Source: Chrysomallon squamiferum | Lineage: Eukaryota > Animalia > Mollusca | DNA: 64,000 bases | Assembly: GCA_012295275.1 (NCBI GenBank) | Contig: CM022672.1 | Coordinates: forward strand, 20,770,001 to 20,834,000 | Direction: 5' to 3' | Position numbers and translations under genes: made by a program | The notes under the pieces: model-generated | Databases searched by the model: none | Told to the model about the DNA's origin: nothing | What the model saw: the letters and a program-made list of their open reading frames with translations, nothing else | In this document: piece by piece, positions 14,101 through 28,300 of the stretch | Layout of the letters: each line of letters starts with the position of its first letter | Position numbering within the stretch: position 1 is the stretch's first letter

Positions 14101-17100
14101 TATATTACTGAGTGTAAACATGCATGGCAGAAACTTTCATTTATAAACAGCATAATAGCATATACAATTCATTGTATGTTAAACATGATCAATATCAAAG
14201 TCTGCAAGTTTCTAACCCTTTTCAAGAGTTTTAGTTTTGCTCTGAGTACAAGACATGACATCCATGTTAGGTGCACACATCTTCTTTCTGTCCTGCAAAC
14301 AGTCACAGTACACAGTTAAATCTGTTTCTTTCACATCTTCTGCTTCAAAACATTTCCCATTGTAGAAACTGTCCTGTGAAGCCACCCTGTACAAATACAG
14401 TACAATTTATTTTTACATGTATTGTTCTTTATATCTGCACACTGCAAACTTTATAGTACAAATTTTTAAGCAACAGAATTATAGCATTAAACTAACTGTG
14501 CAAACTGCTGTGCACAACACATAAATACAGCTATGAAATATAATAATGAAAGATTACTAATTCCTAATGGAGCAAACTTTTGCTGCACTAATTCACTTAA
14601 GTATTTCATTCTAGGGGAAATCCTTAATTTTTGACATTCCAAAAATTATAATTGCTGCCGAGTAAGATAATGACTTTCATACTGCTCAAAAGGTCATGCA
14701 ACAGTAAGATACTTCATTCCAATAGATTAAAAAAAAAAAAATGAAAACAATTTTTTTTTTAGAAATAGTAATCATCACTAACCTCCAGCTATGAGAGAAC
14801 TCATCAGGTTGTTTCTGATTTCCTCCATACAGCTTTCCATCCAACTTGATAAAGTCATTTGACTTGTCTCCATCAAATGTTCCACACAGACCTAGTTATA
14901 TATATTTGTCAGTTATACATACACAGAACAAGTTAATACATATCAATAATAATATTCATCATGTAAATACATACACAAACCTTGTTTCACATTTAATTAA
15001 AATATTCATCATTTAAATACACATATGGACCTAGTTACATATTTAATTAAAATATTCATTATTTATATACATATACATATCTAGTTTCATGTTTAATTAA
15101 AACAAACAGGAAATCAATAGAAAATGAAATTGACGAATTTTGACTTGTTTACCTTCTCTATTCATGAAATTAAAAGAATATGAAATACTCAGCAAAATGA
15201 CTTCTTTACATTATGTTTTCATGAAATCAGTAGAAGAGGCTTTGTATAATCACAGTGAGGAATTTTGACTTGTTTACCTTCTGTATTCATGAAGTCAACA
15301 GAAGAAGCTTTGTACGAAACAGTGAGGAATTCTGCTGTTACTCCTCTCCCATACTGTACAGTAACAACCCCCCCTGTAGGCAGTATCACCTGAAAACAAA
15401 TAATACTTTTAACACGTTTCAGTATTTGTAGAGCACTGTTCAGGAACTGGATGCAGCTGTGTTAAATAATTGTCTTTTTTTTACATAGAATACAACTCTG
15501 TGTGTTTAAATCTTGTGTTTAAATTCTTTTGTGTTTAAATACTTGACATTATCTGTGCATATCTATTACTTTGTGTTAAAATACCTGATATTACCTAATA
15601 CTTTGTGTTTAAATACCTCATATTACCTAATACTTTGTGTTTAAATACCTCATGTTACCTGTATGCATGTATCTAATACTTCATGTTTTAATACCTGATA
15701 TTTCCGGCCTCCACTATGTCTGATTATCTGAGTTTGTGCAGTGAGCTCTCCATTCAGATACAAGCGTGGTATTATTGGTTGACGTCTGCCACCTTTCTGT
15801 GCTCCACAGCGATCAATGACAATGATATCATCTCCAGACTTGACAGCCACAGCACAGTTACATGAAGCTTTCCCATTGCAGTTACGCAGAAATGTTCTTA
15901 TCTGTAAAAAAAATATTTTATTAAAGACATTTCATTGCAGAAATAATGCTAATAATACTACTACTACTAATAATAATAATGATGATGATGATAATAATAG
16001 TAAAAACAACAATAACAATAATAATAATGATGATGATGATGATGCTAATGATGATAGTAATAAAAGTAATATGTCTGGTTGTGAGTTGTTAAATTATTGG
16101 CTACTTCCCATTCCAGATAAAGCTCATGATGCAGTTAGATGGGTAATAATTTATCAAGTTAGCTAGGTACTAAATGATAGTGTTTATTACACTCACCTCA
16201 TATGGCAGTGATTTGTGTCTGTAAAGAATGAACTCTCCTTCTAAGTAGTTGTTGTATCGTCTATAAAATAACAACATTCAGTTACTTACTCTTTGGTGCA
16301 TTGGTTCCATCCTTAAAATTAATCATAAACCAAAACAGTAATTTTTTCATGAAATCTCAATAAATTACATATTTATCCTTTTGAACAAGTGTGAATAAAG
16401 AAGAACTTACTTTTTGTCAAATGTTGTAAAATGAGGGTCACCAACAGACAGACAGACGGCTAACTTGTCTCTGTCCTTGACAGTCAGCTGTTAAAATATC
16501 GGTTTCATCTTTTTAGAAATATCTAATAATTTGTCTCACATTAAAGTGTCAGAATCTTAATATCTTTATTGTTTACAAATAAAACAAATTAATTATCTAC
16601 TATCCAGACAGGTTAATCTACTTCTGTATAAAACACTTCACAATTCCTTTGTCAAGAGATAAGTTTAACATATTTATATCTGTCATCAAAAATTACAATA
16701 GAATATCAAAATACCTTTAATAAATTACAAATTATATTTGACAAGTAATGTAATATATGTGTAGTTCTAAATTATTATTTTGGTTAAAAAATACTATTTA
16801 TACTAAAATGATTCACTAACATACCTCTATTTGTAAAATGTAACTGGACTATGAATACAAATGACCAATGACATAGATAAACATATGTGTATTATAAACA
16901 CAGGTAAAATACCTGGACATCTCCCACAGTGACACTTTGAACTTGCAGTTGTGACACGACAATGTTGGCAGTCACAGTGATTGTTCTCTTTCTGTCTCTG
17001 TCTTTCAAGCCATCAGTGGATCCCTTTCACTGCAATTCTCAGCACATCAGACCACTTTTCTGTCTGTATCTCAAATGTACATGCATCTCTGCCTCCTTGA

Positions 17101-20100
17101 CTGACAAACACAGCCTGGGAAATCTCAAACCCTGTCAAACACTTCACTTCTCTTTTCTCCCGTTTCAGCTCTGTCTGCACTGTTAGTCTGCAGTCTTTGT
17201 CATCACGGTTACACAGAAGTTTGGGAGGGAGGGTTGCTTTCACTTCAATGTAGCCATAGGCTGCTCCTTCATACACTGTCAGTTTGTCTGTCAGTAACTG
17301 TGAATGATAACACTTGTAAACATTTTATTGAGCACTACAAAATGTTATCTGTTTGAGAGAATCTTTATTCTTTTTGGTTTTGTTTGGTTAAAACAATATT
17401 AGTAAAATTACTATTTACACACAAAAATTACATACCATTCTTTACTATAAACTAATGTGTTCCCATGCTAATATCTCTATACTCACTTCAACTTGTGCCA
17501 CCAGAGGGCGACTCTGTCTCCAGGGCCCATGACTTTGTTCACAGTTTGCAGCCACACAGGCAGAAAAAGAACAGGAAATCTTGTCTCCAAATCTGAGATG
17601 TTCAATGAGTGAGTGGTTCAGAGAATGTTCCAGTTTGCTGCCAGACACATTTTCAATTTTCTCTGACATGATAACTTTACTGTTGATTTGCCACTTTACA
17701 TAATACTGAAGATCTACTTGTTCCAGTTGACTTGCTGAGCACACCAATGATGATTTACCAATTCTAAGCTCTGGTTCTTGTTTGAATTCAGGTAGATCTA
17801 AACAAAACATTAAAAACACAATACAGTGACTACTCAGTGGAATCCTACCATAAATGTCTGAAGTAAAATGAATTTCAATAACAAAATGGATATTCTACTT
17901 CCATGTTTAGTTCAGTTTTTGAAATATAAAACATCAACTTTGGTGCAAAAATTTGATGACAAGGGCTTTCTGAATGAGTCAGAGACTGCAAGCAAGAGAA
18001 AGAGAAACATTAAAACTTACCCAGTTTGATATCAAACCCACTGACAATGACTTTGTGAGCAAACACAACATTCCAGTCTGACATGACACAATGTGTAAAC
18101 TGATTCCTTGTGAAATGACGACCAAAGTAAAATTTGTGACCAGAAATTCGGAATCCTCCAAGTTTTCTTGCCTTCAATTTCTTATCCACCATCTGACCAT
18201 TAAAATAGAGACTGAGCCCAGCTTGCTGACTCCAAGAAAACTCAATGTTTACAAACTTGTTTGTGAATGTTCTTTCACTGAACCTTGCGTTAACCACCCA
18301 CTCATAATGAGAGGTTACAACACGCAAGTACAGGTAATGTCTCTCCCACCACATGGTCATGCCAGCCATATCGTCATCACCACTGGAGAAGATGTACTCA
18401 CTGTTTCTGAAGGAGATCAGCTTAAGCTTGAATGACACTGTAAGACCAAACTTGCATAATGCCAGGTTTCCTAGGCAACTGTCTGACATATCTCCAAAGT
18501 CCACAAAGTCGTGTTTTCCATCAAGGAGTAAAGCTTTGGCTCCTGTAGGTCCAATCACAAACATTGGCTTCCCATAAAGTGTCAGATTGCCAGACATTGT
18601 CAACAGAAGGTTACCAATAATGTGAAGGAAGCCATATCTTCTGATAGTCACTTCTTTAACTGAAATAGTATTTAAAATACATGATACTTAGTGACTTCTC
18701 TACTGTTCACAAAGCTGTTTTGTACTCATATGCATTTATTATGCACTGTTTTATACTGACACAAATTCACTATTCAAAATTCTGTATTGACACACATTCA
18801 CTACTCAGTTTTATATTGACACATTCACAACTCACAGTTTAATATTGACACAGATTCACTACTCACAGTTGTATATTGATACAGATTCACTGCTCACAGT
18901 TCTATATTGACACTACTTACTGCTGAGATGAGACCATGATGTGGTTGATGCAGCTATTTTACAAATCTGTATTTTGTTCTCTGGGTTAACTGATCCCTCT
19001 TTGTAGCAGCTGTTGTCAATAAAACAGACGTTTTTCTGTAAAAACAAAGAATGTTTTTTTGTGTTTATTTGTTGTCTGTTTGTTTGTTTGTTTATTTATT
19101 ATTAAATTTATTGATGTGCAAATACACACTCACCTGTGCTATACATTTCTCCAGTGAGCACACCTCACAGTTTGAGTCGTAGTTAATGTACTTCATCTTC
19201 TCACTTAATGTGCTGCCATCATTGCTCACTGCAACCATGTAGCTAGCAGTAACATCAACTTGGCAGATAACAATTTCCGAACTCATAAAAAATGCAGGCA
19301 CTTTTTTAGTACTGCTTTCTTGGAAACTGCCATCATTTTGTTTCTGTAAGTAAAGTAGTAATGTGAGAAGTGTTATCATGTAGGTTAATATCAGTTTTAA
19401 TTACCAACAATCAAATAGTTAATGTAAGTCAAAAATATAATACAAATTAATGTCAGAATTAATGGTAACATTTAAATCGTCAGTAAGTGTTAACAGATAT
19501 ATGTTAATAACATTTTTGAATTAAAATTCAGACATGATAAAACAGCACTTTCAGTTTTTCTCCCCTTTCTATTTATGGATATTTGTATTTTATAAATATT
19601 TGCAGTCATCATGAGATTTTAAATGATCTCAAAAAATGTCTCATTAGAAATATGAATGAAAAGAAGAAAAATGTAACAGTGACATGTAATATCAGAAATG
19701 TTTAATTTTCAAACACATATGGAATTACAACAGAGTTACTCAGCTATCATTAAAGACATCTAAACCACTTAGATATAATATTTTAAACCTTAGATATAAA
19801 ATGAAATAAGTGATAAGATTGTGTTAAACTATAAATAAAATATTAAAATAAAATATCAGTATTAAAGATGTATGTTGTTTTAGATACAATAAAGATATAT
19901 TAATCTGTATATATAATAAACTTTAGATGTAAAAGTAAAGGTTTATTAAACTGTTTATAAAATAAAGGTGAAAGCAGATTAAACTGTTTTAGATATATCA
20001 TACTAACAGTTAGAACTGTAAGATGACAAGTAAGATTAGCTGATTTCACAAATGGTCCTCCATAGACAATGATGTCTCCACAGTGATCATCAACACGGAT

Positions 20101-22348
20101 GTCACACAAGTCACGTTTCAGTGACTCTAACGTTGGTGCTGCTGTAACAGTAACAGAACAGTCATCTCCAGCAAAGCCTTCCTCACAGTCACATGTTCCT
20201 GTAAAACGATTTCACAGTGAATTACATAACAAGACTTATTATAGATATTTGTCTCACTGTTACTACAGATAACAATACATAGCAAGACTTGTTATTGATA
20301 TGTTTCTCACTGATTCTGTAAACTGATTTAATTACATAATTTTGACTTGTTAGAGATATATTTCTCACTGTTACAACAGATAAAAATTAATAATTTTGAC
20401 TTTTTATAAATATGTTTCTCACTGTTACTACAAACAGATAATAAGACTTGTTATAGATATATTTTTCACTGTTACTAGAAACTGGTAATAATACATAACA
20501 ATAGTTGTTATAGATATATTTCTCACAATATTCTTGATAGTACAAGGCAGAAATAATTATAAAAATTTACACAACAATTTTAGAATTTCAATTATAGAAA
20601 ACTGTAAACAAATTTAATATTATCATTCAATGTACATTATAAACACAAAATTTTATCAGTTAAAGTGTGTTTCACACATAAATTTTATCACTATATTTTA
20701 TCATCAGTTGAAGACAAACCTTGTAGGCAGTTTCCATGTGTGCTGCAGTCACCTGGGCATATGGAGTTAAAAATGTCTGGCATGACTACTGAGCCATCCT
20801 GTCTGGTCAGCTGAGAAATGTCAAATGGAATCTTTATCAAACACTGCTCCTTGATGTTAGTTAGCATCTCCTCTGCCCAGGTCTTGTCATCAGTTAGCTA
20901 CAAATAACACATTATGAACACTTGTGTGTTGTTACTGTTATTATATATACAAACTATTCTACAAATAAACACATTATAAACACTGGTGTGTTGTTACTGG
21001 TACAAACTAACCTGCAATAAATACTTTTATAAAAAGAAACAAACTCGTACATAATTACAATTGAAACAACTTGTATGTCATGTTTTAATTATGAGTTAAT
21101 GTGTCTGATGTTAAAACAGCTCTTGAAGTATGTAATGAAAAATGATTGTGTGTGTATTGAAATCTCTAACCTGTATGTCCATGATACATGAATCAAGGGC
21201 TGTTTGGTAACTGGTTGCGATTGTTCCCAAACATCCACTGGCTGATGCAGATGCTTTTACAACTTTCTCACAGTATGCCTTCACATCAGCATACTCCATC
21301 CCACTTGGTGTAGGCCAGGCTGCCTCCTGGAAACAAGAGATAAAAGTTATAACTAATAAAATGACTAAGAAGTAACAACAAAAACATATTTTTAACAACT
21401 GATCAACACATTTGAATAAAATTGCTATGTTTGCATAACAGAGTAATCTGATAGAGCACTACTAGGAGCAGGGCTGCCTTAATAGCATTATAGGCTGCTA
21501 GGCACAGAAATACACTGGCACCCCTACCTAACAATGTTCACATGTAATAAAAATTAAAATGAATATTGTTCATTATCTTAGTAAAACACAAGTTAAATAT
21601 TCATTTTCAATAAAACATTAATTTAAAATTTAGTATAGCATAGCATTTATTTATTTACTCACAGAAAGTCAAAAATACATTTTGCCATCACAAATCTCAG
21701 TAATAATTGATAGATGAGAAAAGCTCAGTGGACAATTTAATGAGGACTATCCTGTGACTGCCACCATATTCTATGTATATGTACACTTACTGGAAAGACA
21801 TACTCGACATCATGTTCAAAGATTTCTTCCTGTTCAACACTGCCACATTTAGCTGGACTCACAGCCAAGTCAATCAATTCTTTTGTTATGTCTTCATCTG
21901 TAACAGGAGAGTTCATGCAATGTATTACAAAACAAATGACACTTTACGCAGTGGATATAATACATGGATACAATATTTATAATACTCTGCATTACAGGCA
22001 TAATAAATGTATAAATAATAATACTGTTACAAACATATCAAATGTAATGTAGATGTAAAGAGATGTAAGTTATGTCACTGTGTTAATTAGACGCATCTGA
22101 CTCACATCGTTTCCTATTTGTTCTGCTGCCAGTGTCTGCTGGTGGAGAACAGTCAAGGAGATACTTGGTGTCGCTGCAGCTGATGTCATGATTCTCACGA
22201 CAGTCACAGTACTCTGTCCAACTCTCAGCATCAGCATCATCAGGGCAGTAGCCATTGTACAGTGTGTCCTCAGTTTTTACTCTAAATTACATATCATACT
22301 GTGATTGTTTTTGTAACAATGACAACATTATCATCATCATCATCATCA

Positions 22349-22380
<32 letters not shown>

Positions 22381-25300
22381 TCTTTATAATTTCAACTTAA
22401 ATGATGACTACAGTCTCAGTGGTAATGATTGGTGCTGTTTGTATAAATTCAAACTTACTTCCACTTGCTGGAGAATTCATCAGGCTTTGAGGACCTTCCT
22501 TTGTACACTGACCCATCGGGATAGGTGAGGTCATTGCTCTTTTCATTGTCAAATGTACCACACAGTCCTGAAACATCACACACAAACCTTCAATTAATCA
22601 GATAAATAGTGGAAACAAATAAAACAACAAATAAAACATCAACTTATAACAAGTATTCATCAACAAGTGAATGTAAGCTATATTTATCATATTCACATCA
22701 ATAATTACCATGTGAATATCAACACTTACCATACGTATTAAAGAGATCTTCTGGAGATGCTGTAATCCAGACATTGACAAACTCAGGTAGAAATCCTTTT
22801 CCATTCTGAACTTGCACAGTAGTCCCAGTTGGCAAAATTATCTGAAACACAGATCACACAACTCATTATTAGCAAACAAACTCAGTAAATTGTTACAGAG
22901 AAATTGAATATCTGATAGACACAATGCTATATAAATTCACTGAGAATTTGTATTGCTGGTGAGCATGGTATGTCATGATACATCTGATACACATGATACA
23001 ACATAAACTGATAAAGAACATATATCTGATACACATAATACTACATACACTTGTAGAAAAGTTACATATCTGATAGTATATAAACTCATAGAGAACTTAT
23101 GTATCCAACACACATACTACATATTACATATTACTCATAAATAACTTATATATCTGATACACATGATACCACATGAACTCATAGAGAATGTACTTTATAC
23201 AGGGTTCTAAAAAAACTTATAAAGAACTTATATATATATATATGTATATGTATATAAGGCACACACAACAGTAAATAAACTCAGAGAAGTATATAAATTC
23301 ATAAATAACTTATATATCTGATACACACGATACTACATAAACTTATACAGAATGTACCTTATACATCTGACACACATGATACTATATAAATTGACAGAAG
23401 ATTTACCTGATACTTATTGCCTCCATTGTATCTGAGTACCTGGACTCCTGGTGTCATTACTCCATTACGGAAAATCTTGACACTCATTGGTGTTCTCCTG
23501 CTTGGTTTACTTTTAGGTCCACATCGGTCCACAACAATCACATCATCTTCCACTCGGACAGCAACAGCACAGTTACATGATGCTATGTGATTACACGATC
23601 GGTAGAAAGCATGCACCTATAATATTAAAAATTACATATCAACACAATAAGATACTGTTTCATTAAAACAAAACATGTATTTTTATTAACATGTCTGAAT
23701 ATTACTGTTATTTACTTTCATTAAGGCTGTTATGTCACATGTAACATTTCAAATTATGCATTGCCCTTAATACCTGTAACATCGAAAGTTGTATATATTT
23801 CTGTCAACACCTGTAATATTATGTTATATAACTATTAACACTTGTTTAAACCTTTATTGATATGTCTGTAATTTTATATGTTATGTACATGAAGTGTACA
23901 TATCATCTCTATTTGTATTATAGTACAGAGACAACAAAAAAAACTAATCTGTATGTAAGACAAGTTTACAGCTTACCTCATATGGCAAGGTGCTGTGTTT
24001 GTACAGAACAAACTCACCCTCAAAATAATTGTGGTACAATCTGAAATATAACAAATATAAAGAGTAACATAACCATATTAAAGTTAAATTAATAATAGCA
24101 CATCAAACTATAAAATAAATTACAATCTCCTACCTGCCATCAAATGTGGTGATGTGTGGATCATTGACAGAGCTGCAGGTTGAGGCTGTATCCCTGTCTT
24201 GAATTATCACCTGTAATTACATAAGTATATACACCTATAATTTTAGTCATACATGTCTGTAATTATACAGTTATATTAACCTCTAATTATACAATTATGC
24301 ATATGTAATTAAACAATTACAAATACTTGTACTTATTATACACATATTATACTATCACTACTAACAGTTATGTAATATATCAGTATTTATTATTATATTT
24401 TGATCAGCAGTTACTAGTGATATATTTTAATTAACCAGTAGTTTGTGAGATATTTTAATTAACCAGTAGTTGTGAGATATTATAACTGACCTCTACTTGT
24501 GAGATTTGGCGAGTATACTGCACTTCTCCTTCACACAATACAGAGACAGAAACCAGCAACTGGCTAACAGCTTGTCCATCCCTCACCCTGTCCACTGTGG
24601 CTTTGATTGGAACGCTCAGTCCAGATTCCCAGTTTGCTGTCACAATGCTACCTCCACATCTACAGGAGGTAAATAAATAACTAAATAAATACACACCCCT
24701 GTGTTTGTTATTACACAATATTACTGTTTTGTTATTTGACAACAATACCTGTCTTTGTTATTTGACAATATTATTATATTTGTTATTTGACAATATTACT
24801 GTATTTGATATTTGACATTGCCATATGACAAAATTATAAAAAAATCTTTTTGACAATATTACTGTGTTTGTTATTTGACAATATTCCTGTGTTCATTTTC
24901 TGTAAAGGTAATAGAATTTGTTATTTGACAACCTTATGGGTTTTTTTATCTGACAATAATACCTGTCTTTGTTATCTGACAGACTACTGATAACTGCCTG
25001 GATGAGAGTCTTGTCATTGGCACATTTGTTCTGACCCTGGGTGAGGTTTCCAAACATGGTGTTGACTACAATGGAGGCATTGGAGCGTTTCCCTGCTGGA
25101 CAGAGCAGACGTGGTGGCACGGTGCTGATGATGTCAACTTTCGAACCTTTTAAACCTTCAGTGACCACGATCTTTGTTTGTTTTACCTTTACACATTAAT
25201 AAGAATTTGTTTATTAACTTCTTTCTCTTACATGTTGATCCATGCATACTAATTAATCACTTTCTTTCTCCTTTTAATAACTTGATACATTTTATATATA

Positions 25301-28300
25301 TTATACACATCAGAAATTATTATTTTAAAGAACTGTGTAGGTAAAAAGTGTTATATACAGTTTAAAGACTGAAATAAACTAAACCTGTATTCCCAGTGAT
25401 ATGATGTTGCTTCTCTGGACATGTCCATATGTGTTGTTACAGTCAAAGGAATAACATGGTGTCACCCTGCATTGTACCTGTAAAAACAAATACATGTCAA
25501 ATCACAAAACACATTGCCAGCCTGTTTAAGAAGAACACAGTATGCTAACATTAGTTTCATAAGAAGTATAAGAAGTATATAGTATGCTAACATTAGTTTC
25601 CTACTGCCAGCCTGTAAAAAATAATATAGTATGCTAACATTAGTTTCATTCTGCCAACCTGTATAAGACATAAACTCTAAGCTCACATTAGTTTCATACT
25701 GACAGTTTGTATACAATACTCTTACATCAGTTTCATATTGCCAGCATGTGTAAAATGTATACACTGTGGTCACATTAGTTTCATTTGCTAGGCTGGTTTC
25801 AATGTAATTACATTAATTTCATATTGTCAGCTTATATAAGATGGATACAGTACACTTACATCAGTTTCATATTGTCAGCCTGTACAAGATACATACAATA
25901 CACTGACATTAGTTACATATTGTTAGCCTGTATAAGATGTATGCATTATACTTACATTAGTTCCATACTGCCAGACTGTGTATTCAGATTCCTGAAAGAA
26001 ATCTGCTGACGGTTTGCTTGTCACACTTTGTTCTCTCTGGAAACTTCCATTTACAAACCACTGCAACCTGTAAATTACACTTCCCTCTGTGAGAGCAACA
26101 AAGTCACACTTAAACACAGATTCATTTCTTGTTGTATCCATTACAACAGAGAGCACTGGAGTCTGGGTCAAAACAGGAAGTTCTGTCAAAAAGAGAAAAA
26201 TATAAATGATTTTTGTCAAAGATATAATGTATGGGAAAGGGGATGGGGTTAGCAGCATGTGATACAACTTAGTATTGTGAGTACATACCTATTATGACAT
26301 CAAGTGAAGTCAGTACAAGAGTCGGGGCTGTGAAGATTTCCAAACCTCCAAACACAAACTGCCGAGAGCAGACTTCGGCACCAGTGAGTGGTCCTCCTAT
26401 AACAAGCCTGTGGGTGTTAGAACCCTGATCTCTGCGAGTGTAAAACTTCTTTGATGTAACCAGGGATCCTCCATTGACATCAACCTCAAGTCCCAGAGTC
26501 TTACTCCAGCTCACTCGGAAGTCATGGAAACTGTTTAGGCGTGGCAGAGGTGTGGTCACTGCCCAGATTTTGTCGTTTGTGCTAACAGTGAAATAGATGG
26601 ACTGATGCAAGTAGTAAACAGCAATCCCAGTTGAGTTGTTGATGTCTCCACCTGTTGTCAGGATGTACATGTTGTCACAAACAGACAAAAACTTGATGTA
26701 GAACTTAAGGAGAAAACCTATGGAGCAGTGATCTGGTACTGATAAAGCATTTTCTCTTGGGAAGTGAACAGCAGAATCTGCTGTGTTCAGACTTATAGCA
26801 TAGCCTCCGCCTTTTCCTTCCTGAAGACTGACAGATCCCTTGATGTCAAGATCTGATAGTGAAGTTTTTAATTTGTCTTCTTGCAGAGAGAGGAATTTGA
26901 AGCGGTATGCAAGTGTTTGTGTGGCTGTAAAATAACATGTCTAATTAAAGTAATACATCAATGCACTGTCAGATTATTCATGTCAACAAACAAAAAACCA
27001 GAAATACTGAATACCATGTCTTTGATAATGTGTTAAATACATCCATACTTTCAACTCAAATTAAATGTTGTGCAGATCAATATGCTGTCTTGAGATACAT
27101 CTTGAAGTGATCTACTTAAATAGATTTAGATTATATTCTGCTCATGTATTTTTGTACTGAATCAACAATAGTTAAAAAAGTCAACACAGAATATATTAAA
27201 ATAAAACTATTGTGTGAAATATGAATTTCACTGAAAAAGTCATCCTATTATCTGGTAGTATTGTCAAATTATAGCAATACTAGCAAAAGAAAAAACAAAA
27301 AAAATGAAGTAAATAGTTGTTTGATAAATATGTCTATTATATTAATTAATTAGATGATCTGGTGAGATAGATTTCTATTATTCAAATGAACAAGAAATGA
27401 TCACCTGATATTGCAGTCCAGTGTGTCTTGTTTTTGTTTATATTACAAAATTTAGTTGGATCATCATTAAAGACTGAGCCACAATCAAAGCATGCTCCAT
27501 CAATAACACAGATATCTGTCTGCAAATGCACAACAATTACTATTAATATACCACATTTACTATTAGTAAACACACTTTATTGTAAATATGAAACATTTAT
27601 TGCAGTGGTGCCCAATACGTCAATTGTGATAGTGAGTCAGGTTAGATCTCATGACACTAAAAAATAGCCTATCATCCATCCTGCAGCCATAATAAATGTT
27701 TTGTGTTTTTATTGTAGGTAGATCATTTTGACTTGGTCATTTAAAAAGTAGCTTGCAAGCCAAAAAAGTGTGGGCACCCCTGATTTATTGTCAATTTACA
27801 ATATTTAGTGTTAATATATAACATATATACTATTATTTTTAATGTTAATATGCAACATTTATTATCAAACTAAACATAGTTGCAGATATTTATTCTGATT
27901 GACATCAGTATAGTTATTAAATATGTTTAATACCGACTTTAGTTGTACAAAGTATTATGAAACTTGCATAACACTTACTCGACATGTACAATGTATTATT
28001 TAATAAATATAATAATCCCTATGTACCTGTAATGTACTTGTACAATGTATTATGTAAATATGTGCAACATTTACTCTACATGTGTAATGTACTTCTACAG
28101 TGCATTATGTAAATAAGTATAAGACTTACTCAAAATGTGTAAGCTACTTGTACAAAATTTGCTGTACATGTGTAAAATACTTGTACAATGCATTATGTAA
28201 CTACGTGGAACACTTACTCTAGATGTACACTGTGTGGTTGTACAGGTTTCACATGCAGAGTTGTAGATGATGTATTTTCTGCTTTCACTCCAGTGTTTAC

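Noticed and set aside
17013-17030. Programmed ribosomal frameshifting or regulated stop at the frameshift sites
   Set aside because: The sites differ between modules, lack slippery-site or structure signatures and sit in short homopolymer or GA-rich runs. Sequencing error or an ordinary indel is the simpler explanation.
21469-21760. Possible hAT end (CAGGGCTGCC...) in an intron
   Set aside because: I found no matching second TIR or TSD, so it is too weak to call.
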